A stretch of 64,000 nucleotides of DNA from Octopus bimaculoides (GCF_001194135.2 NC_068989.1:88260218-88324217), one strand, 5' to 3'; positions 24,200 to 35,999 are shown, numbered from the stretch's first letter. The notes: generated from the sequence alone by a model not told the origin. Program-made: numbers and translations.

Positions 24200-24520
24200 A
24201 CATATACACACACACAACAGGCTTCTTTCAGTTTCTGCTTTCAAAATACACTCACAAGGCCTTAGTCAACTCAGGGCTGTAGCAGAAGACCCTTAATCAA
24301 AGTTCCATGCAGTGGGGCTAAACCTGCCCCCCACCACACATATGTATACATACACACACAACAGGCTTTTTTCAGTTGCCACTGACCAAATCCACTCACA
24401 AGGCTTTGGGCAGCTTAAGGCTATATAGTAGAAGACACTCGCTTAAAGTGCCACGCAGTGGGACTGAACTCAAAACAACATGGTTGGGAAGCAACCACAC
24501 ATATATGCTTGTGCTTAGCC
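24200..24520 (-). mobile_element. Two tandem partial SINE-B heads
   Basis: CACACAACAGGCTT(C/T)TTTCAGTT..CACTCACAAGGC occurs twice. Confidence 0.8.
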
Positions 24521-25169
24521 ACACCTGCACCTGATCATGATGATGTGGTTGACTGGTTGAAGCTGGCTCAACCCTTCCCAGAAGAACACAGACACAAGTA
24601 TAGTTAAAGATGAGTGAAGGGTCCATTGTCTGAGTGGCGTATGTTGTTACATAGAAGACTACATCATTAATGTAGAGTGGGGAAAGTGAAGGAGACAATT
24701 AAACTACCGATGTGCAGTGGCATAGCTAAATAGTATGCTGCCCAGGGCAGCCCTTGAGCTTGCTGTTCACTGACCCCTATATTGGCTTATATAGCAAACC
24801 CTTAAGAGTCACCTGAAGCAGATTTCCCTCATTACACATATATTCTTTTCAAAATTTGGTAGTACAAAAATATAACTAAAAGTACAGGGGAAAAAATTGT
24901 ATTCAGCTTACACTGTGGCACACCTAGCATCGTCTCATGGCACACCAGTGTGCCACAGCATACAGGTTGTGGAGCACTGCACTAGTGTGGTTTATACCTC
25001 CTTCGTAACGAAACTGTAGTTACATCAGAATCAATAGTTTGGGCCAGAGAGAGCCTCGTCAGCACACACTGCAATGAAGTCATCTAAAAAGGAACTCCCA
25101 ATCCAATGGTAGGGAGATGGATGAAAGCCACAGACTGGCAGTTTAGCCAGGAGGTTTCCATGCAAACCA

Positions 25170-25320
25170 TAATCGAAGGTGATGGCACATGATCTAGTGG
25201 TTAGGGTACTGCACCCATGATCACAAGGGTGTGGTTTTGATTCCTGGACCAGGCGGTGAGTTGTGGTCTTGAGCAAAACACTTCATTTTACCTTGATCCA
25301 GTCCACTCAGGTGTGAACAA
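25170..25320 (+). mobile_element. SINE-D head
   Basis: CTAGTGGTTAGGG..GGTTTTGATTCCTGGACC..TCTTGAGCAAAACACTTCATTT..CAGTCCACTCAG. Confidence 0.78.
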
Positions 25321-25545
25321 ATAACCCAACATATGCCCATACCACTGCACTCCATTCGCCCTAGCCAGCCGTTCCACTGATTCCTCCAACCCCAGCATTC
25401 CCATCAAGTCCTCAGTCATCCTCTTATCAAGCAGCCTCACACCACACATTTCTCTGACCATTGCCCTCTCAGTCCTTCTCAAAATTACCATCTCTCTCTC
25501 TCCCTCAAACACCATGTCTCACTCCCATACAGCATTGCAGCTCTC
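25320..25545 (-). mobile_element. RTE-type LINE ORF2 C-terminal fragment
   Basis: ILRRTERAMVREMCGVRLLDKRMTEDLMGMLGLEESVERLARANGVQWYGHML. Confidence 0.85.
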
Positions 25546-25644
25546 ACACAACTCCTAAGGACCTTTCTTTTCGCTTTCAATGAGAACAAGAGTGAATATC
25601 AATATGAGGTTAGGGAAATGGTTGAGGAAGGATAAGGTGATAAG

Positions 25645-25965
25645 TGGCAGGCACATAAAAAGCACCATTCGAGCATGGTCATTGCCAGTGCCGCCTGACT
25701 GGCTCCCGTACCGGTGGCACATAAAAAGCACCATTCAAGCATGGCCGATGCCAGTACCACCTGACTGGCCCTCGTGCCGGTGGCACGTAAAAAGCACCCA
25801 CTACACTCTTGGAGTGGTTGTCATTAGGAAGGGCATCCAGCTATAGAAACATTGCCAGATCAGATTGGAACCTGGTGCAGCCTTCTGGCTCACCAGTCCT
25901 CAGTCAAACCGTCCAACCCATGCCAGCATGGAAAGCAGACATTAAACAACGACAATGATGATGAA
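25645..25965 (+). mobile_element. SINE-A with three hairpin sub-repeats, young-looking
   Basis: Repeated GGCAC(A/G)TAAAAAGCACC..GCCAGT..ACTGGC units followed by the family tail. Confidence 0.92.
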
Positions 25966-25969
25966 GAGT

Positions 25970-28930
25970 AGCAGTATAGTGCAGTGGAAACACCATGTCG
26001 GTTGTGGGAGCAATACCTCATTAAGGGCTTCACCTGACTTTTGTAGAATGTCAGTAATTGTTGGGGGAATGAAGTAATTTCTGATCTTGAAGAGAAGGGT
26101 CAGTGAGGTGTAATATTTGGAGTGACCATTAGGGCTCTAGTTGAGTATGATAATGTTTTCCTGATATCAAACCATACACATATTCACGTATTTGATTTTC
26201 ACTGTTGAAAGCAACAAGATTGACAAAGCTCTACTGGAGAATGCTTTCCAGGTCTCCGTTTTATGTAATCAGAATAAAATTGGCATGATGTGTCTTTGTT
26301 GCAAGTGGATGGGAAGCTAGGTGAAGGAGATGAGGGGAGGATGAAGGATTATATCAACTGTGTAAAACTGAGAATTATCAGACATGATACTAAGCAGGTC
26401 TTTGGCATATGTACAAAGAGGGGAGAGGTACTAAACCAAACCTGAGGGTACACCAGAGTTAAAAGAGTATGGGACAGAGAAGGAGAACCATCAAGATTTG
26501 CTGTGATTGTGCAATTTGAAAGGAGATAAAAGACAAATGGAGCCAAAACATGCAAAAGTTTTAATAGGAGATTTGCAAGGCAGAGATGATTGAAAGTTTT
26601 GCTGATGTCAAGGAAGACTATTGTTTTCACTGAATTTGTCTACAGTGAGAGCCCACCAGTGTAGGTCTCCAGTGGATTTAGTTCTACTGAAGCTATACTA
26701 ATAGTCATTAAAGACAAAGAGAAAGAAAGAAAGAGGGAAACTCAACATGTTGGAGGACATCATTGCTAATGGCGTTCTCCATTACCTCAGAGATATTGAG
26801 AAAAAGTGCAACAAGGATGATGACAGTTGGCAGGATCAGAGAGGTTGTCTTTCTTGGAAATGGAACAGAGGGTAGTGGAAATGGAACAGAGGGAATTTCC
26901 AAAAATCATGATATATTCCTGCAGAGAGTCTGAAATTGAAGAGTTTGGTGAGAACAAAGGTAAGCTCTGAGGCAAAATGTCTGAGAGCAAACAAAGGGAC
27001 TATATCAGGGGCCAGTGGCTTTGCTGGTTTGAAACAAGAGAAAGTACTTTTGCACTTGGGGAACCTGGTGGGGTGGAAAGGGATAAATTTAGGGGAGATT
27101 TTCCAAGAGTACTTTATGTGTAACTGGATGCAAAGCAAGCAGTGAAGATTGAGGCATCTTCCATAATGGGAGAGGAGTATTCCTGACAGAAACTTCAATG
27201 TTGAGAACTGGAGGAAAAGGGAATTCTGCAAAGTTAGTAAAGGATCTTTTGGTAATAGACCAGAAGGATCTGCTGCAGTTTGTGATGTGGAATAGGTTGA
27301 GGTCATCTTTTGCAGTTCCAGAAGGTGTTTTGCAGGAATTGCATTGCTGGGTTAATACCACAGAGTCTTTCAGGAGTGGGTGTGTCTCTCCAAGCATTGT
27401 AGGCTTTGTTCCTTTTTTACCTTAACTGTTGCAACACAACTTTGAGTGAGCTACTTGGAGAACTTGGGGCATTGAGCTTTTGTTGTGTGAGGGTTCTAGA
27501 AAGATATGACTACAAGGTTAGTATTAGTCACCTGCCTAGCTGTTTCTGCAGGAGACAAGCAGGTGTAGTTGATTGGTTGCTGACAATTTGGCACTGCTGA
27601 CAGGACACTGAACCTGTTCGGGCAACAATATTTCTTGGCACCGGAGGAAATTATACACACACACACACACACACATGCATACACATGTGCTCACATGGAG
27701 AAATTTATACAGGTTGATCGAGGGAGAGAGAGAGAGAGAGAGAGATTACACATATATAGAAACATAACTAGATGTACACACACACACACATAAACAGTGA
27801 GAGAAAGAGGGAGAGAGAGTGAGAACAAGAAAAGCATTAAAATGTCACGTCCGAATTAAATCAGTGTTGAATCAGGTGGAAGCAAAATGGTCATATACCT
27901 TAATTTCTGATGGGTCAGGAACAAGGCATGTATGCTACCAGGATAACGAACATAACACTGATGGACTTCCAACCAGTTAATTGACTTGAAGAGCTCTAGA
28001 GATCAAAGGGGTGGCGAGGTGCTGTGTAGGGGTAGTACATGGTTGTGTGTTGTTAGGTGTGATAAGGATTAGGGTCAGATGCCACAAAAGATACCAAATC
28101 AGTAATGTTTGGTATGAAAGGTGTTAGGAGCGTCCCTGGGTCAGACTAAGATGCAAGGAACAGATGAAACAAGTTGAATGAGGAAGTTGAAAATTACAAA
28201 GGATTCAGCTTTTGCCCTGGCAGCATTGATATGGAACGAGTGTGGGGACCACTGGGCAAGAGGGGAGTGTTGGAATCACCAAAGTCTATAACTTGGGAGA
28301 AGGGTAAAATGAGATACGCCCTCGATGCAGGAGATATTATTAAAGAATAAGCAGACTTTTGTCCCCTTTATACCTTAAATTTCTCAACTGGCACAAAGCC
28401 ACACACCCTCAATACTACTCCTCCCCTCCCAGTTAAGGGGTTTTTGTCATGCAAGGTATTTGGTGACCCTGTCGGTGCTGGTGCCACATAAAAAGTACCC
28501 AGTGCTCTTTGTAAAGTGATTCATGTCAGGAAGGGCATCCATCTGTAGAAACCATTCAAAACAGACAACAGAACTTGGTGCAGCTCCTGTCAAAACCAAC
28601 CAACCAACCAATGCCAGCTTAAAAAATGATGATGATGATGATGATGAATTGCAGGGGATTTGTGAAGTTAGAAAAGCAACAGAGGGAGCAAAAGAGAATT
28701 GGAGAGAAAGACTTTGAGCCAGAATAACTGGAAGCTGTTGCTGAAATTCAGATGAGCAAAGGGAGTGAGATGGAGAATGCAATCCATATATGGGCAGACA
28801 CTACGTTTAGGAGTGAAGTTTGAGTAGAGCTTGCAACCCGGAAAATCAAACATGGATTTGCAGAGAGGAGTTTGGCTTCGAAATGATAGAGCTAAAGTGG
28901 AGCATTCATTTCAGATCCTGGATACGACAA
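25970..28930 (-). mobile_element. Decayed CR1-like non-LTR retrotransposon ORF2 (AP endonuclease plus RT)
   Basis: APE: FPGCKLYSNFTPKRSVCPY..FQLFWLKV, DFGDSN, QLVSSVP..PRDAPN. RT: PLAPDIVPLFALRHFASELTFVLTKLF..FWK, KKDNLSDPAN, VFLDISKTF, YPQVWFSTSPLF, FYKSQVKPLMRYCSH. Many frameshifts. Confidence 0.85.
28440..28650 (+). mobile_element. SINE-A inserted into the LINE endonuclease region
   Basis: AAAAGTACCCAGTGCTCTTTGTAAAGTG..AGGAAGGGCATCCATCTGTAGAAACC..(GAT)n. Confidence 0.82.
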
Positions 28931-29099
28931 TGCTACAGCATCAACTTTCTGCAAGAAGGTCCACTCACAAGATGTCTATGGTGGACTGGCCATACTCTCT
29001 GCCAGCCACTTTGGGAATTTACTTGCAGGGTGGACAACCTGGCTCCCCACCCAGACAGGCATAAACGAGCTGGAGAACAACTGAAGATGTGACTGGCGT

Positions 29100-30560
29100 T
29101 AGTAAAGGCAGACATGGAAGAACAACTAGGCCCTTGCGTCTATGGTCTTTGGCAGTGGAATCGGGAATGGGTATCCATTACAGTCTCGACTGTGGTCAAC
29201 TGTTGTATGTAGTCAGCATGTGTAAGGGACGTGGTGACCTCGTTGGTCAGAACCAGCTTGACCCACCCTGGGTGAATGCCACCACAAGTACAAATAATTA
29301 AGAGAGGAGTTGAGAAATTTATGTCAGAAAAAGGAGAATGAATTTGCATTGAGAGTAAGAGATGATGTATGGGATCTAGATTGTAAATAAAGTCCACAGT
29401 CTTTGAAGAAGAAAAAAGGGAAAAACATATCAGAGAGATTAGTTCTATTTTTGGTACAATGGTAAAGTGTAAAGTTAACCATGTGCAGAAGGCTATGTGG
29501 CCATGTTGCAAAGGGTTCTAACAGAATGAACTCAGCCGTAGGAACCCATGTGATTCAGTGATAGGACCCCACTTGATGGAACTGTCACATTGTAGCTCTT
29601 TGGAGATCTTAAAGGAAATACATAAACACTATGTACATATCTCACAAACAACGAAACACTAAACAGGTGACTTACAATAACATGTGGTTAAGTGGCAGTC
29701 TGATGGGGTTAGGTGGGGGACACCCAGATCCTGATGACCCCTGGAGGTCAGAAGGCTATGTTGGAACAGTACCCAATGAAGAAGTGGAGAGAAGGGGGTC
29801 AATCAAAGGTATTAGTGTAGAGTAGAAGGGTTTCTTTCACGTGATAGTAAAAGCCACCTGAAAGCCTTCTGTCCAGAAAAAAAGGGCAGCAGACAGCAGC
29901 ATGAACCAAAACACCAATTCAGAACTTTGTTCTCTTCATAAAAACCACACACAATACAGATACCACATAACTCCTTTATTACACACCTACATAGCCGGAT
30001 ATACATTTCAAGAGTAATCCAGCTTCTTGAGAGATGGAACAAGACAGCATGAAGTGAGACTAACAACAGGTTTGAAAGAAGCATCCTGCATAAGACGGGG
30101 CTGAAACCCAGACAACTGAAGAGAGCCATTGAGGAAATAGGCATGGCAGGTAAAACTAGTTCAAGATGGCTATGGTTGATGAGAGACTGCGAGTGGAACC
30201 TTTCCATAGGTGAAGATTAGTTCAGGCCTTGCTACCCTACTCAGGTGAAGCATACAGGCTAAGGGGCAAAACACTTGTGAGACTGAGATATCTGCTGATG
30301 ATAAAGAAAGGTTTCCAGTATTGCAATGGATTTAGAAGGGCTTGAAAAACCCTCTGAGTGGCTCCTGCCGATTGTGTGTGTGGGGGGGGGGGAGTAAAAC
30401 ATCTCTGATGTTTATTTCACCTGAAACTACTGCTACTAAAGCTGATATAAGAGTCAGTTGTAAGGATTAATAGCAGACTGGTTAACAAGGAAATAAAATA
30501 GAAAGCTATAGGTCGTCCCGAGACATTAACGACAGAGATTCTAACGACAACATCAGGATA
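29100..30560 (-). mobile_element. Second CR1-like endonuclease remnant plus probable LINE 5' region
   Basis: LICFSLFSSSKTVDFIYNL..HHLLL..FSDI..GGIHPGW..QQLTT aligns by eye to APE YxSPNS..EHLL..GDFNVHHxxW..QLV; upstream part unclassified. Confidence 0.5.
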
Positions 30561-31089
30561 TGTAAGCACTATAGTAGTTTAGTACCGAGTAAATTAGATT
30601 GCACAAGAAGGTGGTACCTTCAATGACTAGTGTAGCAATATAACCATAAACAATTGCAAGGGTAAACAAGATGCAATGGAGGTGGGTAACTGTAAAGTGA
30701 TGGACCAAGTCATGAACATGGTGAGAGAATCATAATAAATGCTTAAACTGAGTTAAGTATCAGACGATTTAGTCTGGGTTTTCAACAGGACATTGAGGGC
30801 AGGTTAGACATGCTGAAACAACCATTAGAGTAGTTGACAGCTAAAACACACACACACACAAAAAAAAAAAACTATTTTGACTTCAGTCCCACTGGGTGTC
30901 TTCTACTATAGCCCCAGACATCAGGTTTATATAACTCAGAGAGAAGCTGAAAAGCAACAGGTTTGCCAATATTCTGCAATGAGTGGACCAGAAGCTTCAG
31001 GTGTTCTGGATGGCAAAGTAGTATACCAACGTGAATCAAGATATTAATAAAGAAAAATGTGCCCAGAGTGATAGCAATACACTTACTGT

Positions 31090-31260
31090 CACTACACTCT
31101 CGGAGTGGTTGGCGTTAGGAAGGGCATCCCAGCTGTAGAAACTCTGCCAGATCAGATTGGAGCCTGGTGCAGCCATCTGGTTCGCCAGTCCTCAGTCAAA
31201 TCTTCCAACCCATGCTAGCATGGAAGGCGGACGTTAAACGATGATGATGATGATGATGAC
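31090..31260 (+). mobile_element. SINE-A, close to consensus
   Basis: ACTACACTCTCGGAGTGGTTGGCGTTAGGAAGGGCATCCCAGCTGTAGAAACTCTGCCAGATCAGATTGG..(GAT)n. Confidence 0.92.
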
Positions 31261-31270
31261 TACCGTGCGC

Positions 31271-31480
31271 AGACAATTTGACAACAGACAATTCACCAAT
31301 AGACAATTCCCATATGGCCTCAGACTCAACACGGAGGCCTACATCAAGTACCTGGAGGAGGTTGTGCTGCCCTGGGTCAAGAGGGTGGCTGCTGGAACAC
31401 CCTATGTCTGGTAACAAGACTCTGCACCAAACCACACAATTGTCCTATCTGTAAATTGTCTGTCAATGAATTGTCGGTCA
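31271..31480. repeat. Inverted arrays of three GACAATT-core units (15-16-bp period) flanking the transposase fragment
   Basis: AGACAATT at 31271, 31286 and 31301; AATTGTC at 31438, 31454 and 31469. Confidence 0.75.
31308..31438 (+). mobile_element. mariner/Tc1-superfamily transposase fragment spanning the second catalytic Asp
   Basis: PYGLRLNTEAYIKYLEEVVLPWVKRVAAGTPYVW*QDSAPNHT, matching the (Q)QDxAPxH motif. Confidence 0.85.
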
Positions 31481-31544
31481 ACCCAGTTTTACTGTGGCTT
31501 GGAACTATTACAAGCGGTTGTTGAATGTGAAGAACGTGTGAGAA

Positions 31545-31810
31545 ATTATCCCAAGTTGTGCTGGTGCCACATAAAATGCACCCATGCCAGTGCCACATAA
31601 AAAGCACCTATGCTGGTGCCACCTAAAAAGCACCCAGTACACTTTGTAAAGTGGTTGGCATTAGGAAGGGCACCCAGCCGTAGAAACCATGCCAAATCAG
31701 ACAATGGAGCCTGGTGCATCTCTTCTGGATGACCAGCTCCTGTCAAAACTGGCCAACACAAGTCAGCATGAAAAACCACGGTTAAATGATGATGATGATG
31801 ATGGTGGTGA
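31545..31810 (+). mobile_element. SINE-A with triplicated ~29-bp GTGCCACATAAAAAGCACC unit
   Basis: Seen directly. Confidence 0.85.
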
Positions 31811-32109
31811 GGAGGAGACTCAATAGAGGGATCCGCTATTGAAGTTGACCGTTATATGGTCAAAATAACCATAAAGGACAGGGAGGTAAGCATAGCTGCT
31901 GGGTCCACCAAGGACAATTATGGAGATGTTAAAAATATAAAATATCCAGTGAAGTAGGACTTAAGCTAGTTACTTGCATTGTCAACCAGGTAAAGTAGGA
32001 AGGTGTCATAGTTAATGACTGTTGTAGCACTAGCATCACCAACTGTCATCACAAGGGCAAAGGAGATGCTTTAGAATGAAGCAATCACAGAAGTATCAAA
32101 CTGATGGAC

Positions 32110-32320
32110 GGAATTATGAAAGTAATCATTATCATCATTTAACATCCATTTTCCATGCTGGCATGGGTTGGACGGTTAGACAGGAGCTGGCAAGGCCAGG
32201 AGCCACAACAGGTTTCATTGTGCTTTGGTTTGGAGTCAGTGGTTGGATGGCCTTCCTGACAATAACCACTTTACAGAGTTCACTGGGTGCTTTTTACATG
32301 GCACCGGCACCAGTGATTTA
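32110..32320 (-). mobile_element. SINE-A, diverged
   Basis: Family tail in reverse. Confidence 0.8.
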
Positions 32321-32409
32321 TAGGTGAGTGGGTGGGTCTACAGCAATGCAGCGTATATCTTAGTCCTTTGACAGAAATAATTTTGATACAAGGTGTAAGT
32401 GTGAAGAGG

Positions 32410-32790
32410 CAAGTGAGATGTGGTTAAGAAGTTTGCTTCCCAATTGCATGGTTTTTCAGTTCAGTCCCACTACGTGGCACCTTGGGCAGATGTTTTTACC
32501 TGCAGCCCTGGGTGAACCAAAGCCTTGTCTCTAGATTTAGCAGATGTAAACTGAAAAAAGCATGTCGTGCATGCGTGCACGTGTGTGTGTGTATCTGTGT
32601 CTCGTTGTCTTGACATTGCATGACTGTTGTAAATGAATGTCATTCATTGCAAATGCTCAGTGAAAACATGCCTGGCCCTGGGGGAAACATTACCTTGCTT
32701 GGAAAGAGGTAAGAGCTGGTAACAGGAAGGGCATCTGGCCTTAGAAAATTTCCCTTGATATACTGCATCCAACCCATCATCATCAGCAGG
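32410..32790 (+). mobile_element. SINE-F, full length (B head plus RTE-like tail)
   Basis: B head, (GT)n, then GAAAACATGCCTGGCC..GGGGAAACATTACCTTGCTTGGAAA..ACAGGAAGGGCATCTGGCC. Confidence 0.8.
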
Positions 32791-32895
32791 AAGATTAGAT
32801 CAGGTGAGACACAGGTGAGATTTGTGTTAGGTTGTGTTACTTCTGATGCTCTCATCTCAAAGGGGCAATTTCAAGAGTCTTTTGTAGCTTAGTAT

Positions 32896-33035
32896 AAGCC
32901 CCTCTATTTAGTATCTGTTGATCTGAAAAAGGGCTTTGACATGGGACCACACTTTAAAATCAGATCTCTAAGAAAACTGGGTATAGATGGATGGCTTGCG
33001 AGAGGAGTGCAAGCTATGTACAGGGAAGCTAACAG
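32896..33035 (+). mobile_element. RTE LINE reverse-transcriptase fragment
   Basis: KPLYLVSVDLKKGFD..RSLRKLGIDGWLARGVQAMYREA (cf. LAFVDLEKAFD..LRKLG.EEWLVRAVQAMY). Confidence 0.88.
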
Positions 33036-33639
33036 CCTGTATGACTGTGTGTGAGATGCATGATGCCGATGGGCTAGCATTGAATGGCTATTGAATTAGC
33101 TCATGGGACGAAGACAAGAAGATGTGACACTACAAACAGTGTTCAACTTGTGCAATAATTGAGAAACAGATGTCATCGTTGCCATGATGATGATGATGAC
33201 AATGACGATGATGATTATCTTACTATCTAACTGTGCAATCATTATAAATTTATCTACTTACATTATCATCCTTTATAATTTGCATTCTATGCTGACAAAG
33301 GTTGACCAGTTAGGCCGTATTTGACAGGTCAGAGGACAGAGTCAAGCTCCAAAGTTTGTCTTGGCATTATACAAATTAAGATGTCTATTGTTAGTTCACA
33401 TAACTGCCATTAGTCCAGAATTCTAACTTTCTGGAATTGTTTAGGCAATGTCACTACAGAACGTTCTTTTACTTCTTTATTTTCTTCCTTGAGTTATGCA
33501 GTTGGAACTAGTTTTCTGTTACCTCTTTGTAATATGATCTAACAGGGGTTTAGCTAAATTTTCCCTTTTCACTTGCTGCATCTGGAGGAAAGGTTCAGCA
33601 CCCATGGCCTTTGCAGGCCCTCCTAGAGCAGCTGAAACT

Positions 33640-33905
33640 GTATGTGAGTGTAAGTTTGTGTCTTTTTGTCTTGAATGATGTGAGAGTTGTAAACGAGTGT
33701 CACTGTCATATAAGCAGTGTTGTTCATTTCCACTACTCTGCAAAAATTTGCCTGGACATGGGGAAATATTACCTAGCATTGAAACAGGTGAGAGTTCATG
33801 AAACGAAGGACCTCCAGTTGTAGAAAATCTTTCTCAACAAACTCTGTCCAACCCATGGAAACATGGAAAAGTGTACCCTAAAACTATGATGATGATGATG
33901 ATGAC
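33640..33905 (+). mobile_element. SINE-F tail
   Basis: Homologous to 15485-15690; (GAT)n end. Confidence 0.8.
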
Positions 33906-33975
33906 AATGAAGATCAAATATGACAAGGATAGAAGAGGATACGAGGGCAAGCAGGTTGGTGAAGAGAATGTAGAG

Positions 33976-34259
33976 CAGTAGTTCTCAAGGTGGGCAGTAT
34001 TGGCCCCCTGGGGACGGTGGTGAGTTTCAAGGGGGCGTTGACGAAAAGTAGTGCATTAATGGGGTAGCCAAAACAGGCGATTCATGTAAAAAGAACGAAA
34101 TAATGGGTTCATTAGGTTAAGTTTTATTTCTGAAATACAGTTGCTTTGAATTTGCTTCAGAAAGGGGTCTATGTGATGGTTAGTTGGATGGAGAGGGGGC
34201 GCTAAAGTGTGGCCAGGGTGCCAAGGGGGAGGCACCCCGAAAGAGTTTGGGAACCACTA
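33976..34259. mobile_element. hAT-type MITE
   Basis: CAGTAGTTCTCAAGG...AGTTTGGGAACCACTA; partial TSD (..TAGAG on both sides). Confidence 0.7.
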
Positions 34260-34504
34260 ATAGAGCAAATAACTTTTGTGTAGCTGAGAAAACAGCCTTA
34301 ACATGTTACTGTTGTTAGTTTGGTGTACGTCCTCACTAAAATCAAGCTACAGACCCGTATCATGTTAGAGGAGCTGGGTGAAAGTCATATATTTCACAAG
34401 TTTAAGGATAGTCTGGCCAAATGAGGTTTTAGAATTAATGAAGCTGCTGACTGCAGATATTGAAAGTAGAACAGTTAGTGTTGAGTGCAGAATATCTTTT
34501 ACAC

Positions 34505-34815
34505 TGTAGACTAATTGAGCGAGATCGTTGCCAGTGCCGCTGGACTGGCTCCTGTGCAGGTGGCACGTAAAATACACCATTTCGAGCGTGGCCATTGCCA
34601 GTACCGCCAGACTGGCCCTCGTGCCAGTGGCACGTAAAAGCACCCACTACACTCTCAGAGTGGTTGGCGTTAGGAAGGGCATCCAGCTGTAGAAACTCTG
34701 CCAGATCAGATTGGAGACTGGTGCAGCCATCTGGTTCGCCAGTCCTCAGTCAAATCGTCCAACCCAAGCTAGCATGGAAAGCAGATGTTAAATGATGATG
34801 ATGATGATGATGATG
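34505..34815 (+). mobile_element. SINE-A with two hairpin sub-repeats
   Basis: GCCAGT..ACTGGC..GTGC(A/C)(G/A)GTGGCACGTAAAA twice, then the family tail. Confidence 0.92.
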
Positions 34816-35999
34816 TATGTGTTCTATTTTATTCACATCAGCTGGGAATGATGCTCTTTTTTTTTTAGGGTATTTCTCTTTTAGAACAATTACTCTAATA
34901 CTATTCTGGTGAAAAGTTAATACATTTTGATTTTTACTGAACAAGTAATTCTGTAGGTTGAGGTAAATATGTTGGAACAAACACTGGTCAAGGACTGGGA
35001 TTTTCAGGTGTAAAAATGGCCCTTTAGTTTTAGAATTCTTAGGTTGTTATTTCTCTGCATACATGGTGATTTGTTTGTTGGTATGTGTGCACACACATGC
35101 AACCTATGATGTGCATTGTTCTGTGTGATGTTTTGTAAAGCATTTAATTGTTGTTTGTTTTTCTATTAGTTGGTGAAGAGTTTGGAGCCCCTTATTGGAC
35201 TGGTTCATGAAGAAAAGATTAGGGTACATTTTACTCATTTGAGAAAAACTTTCCACAGAAACTTTCTATTGGGCACAGGTAAAAAGGTCCCACCTGGTTC
35301 TCAATCTCTTCTTCACCAACCCAAAAATAAACTGCAAACTAACAAATGGAGTGTTTAGATGATCACATAAACTGCTGGAAATAGTAGCCAAATCTCCTTC
35401 AAATCTCATCCAACAGTGTTAGCAAAGAAATAACATATTGGACAATGTAGCCCTCTATCCTTCATACTACTAAAACAGGATGGTTGGCACAACTAATATA
35501 CTTTCAATCATAGATCGTCAACATCAAATTATAAAACTTCCTGCTTCATTACAAGTTGCATGTGTACAAGTCCACACAGAGGTTCTAATTCCACAGATAC
35601 TAACCTCATCATCATTTTATATTGCTTTCCATCCTGACATTGGTTGACTGAGTTCTCACAGTCTGAGCAAGTTCTAATTTAGAGTTACTATCTTCCTAGA
35701 GGGCTCAAAGGACTATAATCTAATTTGTATGTTACATTTTTAGCATAGCTACCCTTCATAGCATCAATCACTTTGCAGAATACACTAGATGCATTTTATC
35801 ATGACACCTATACATGAAGACACCTTGAAGTTACTACACACCTTTCTGTCAGACATTTGTACAATGAAAGATGACAATTCATATAGAATACAGGTGAACT
35901 ATGAATTTAGGTTTAAATCATGTCTAGACAACTTATAAAATTATAATCATTCAGGCTGTTAACCTCATTGTTAGAGATTAAAGATTTCTAAGTATTTAC

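Noticed and set aside
25645-25965. Hammerhead or HDV ribozyme in SINE/LINE ends
   Set aside because: No CUGAUGA..GAAA core or nested double pseudoknot could be identified by eye
15075-34645. CRISPR-like direct repeats (family-A sub-repeats, GACAATT arrays)
   Set aside because: Eukaryotic DNA, no unique spacers of constant length, no cas genes; the units are internal parts of TEs
35170-35358. + strand ORF/exon VKSLEPLIGLVHEEKIRV..
   Set aside because: Has an acceptor but no compatible neighbouring exons or homology; overlaps a minus-strand candidate
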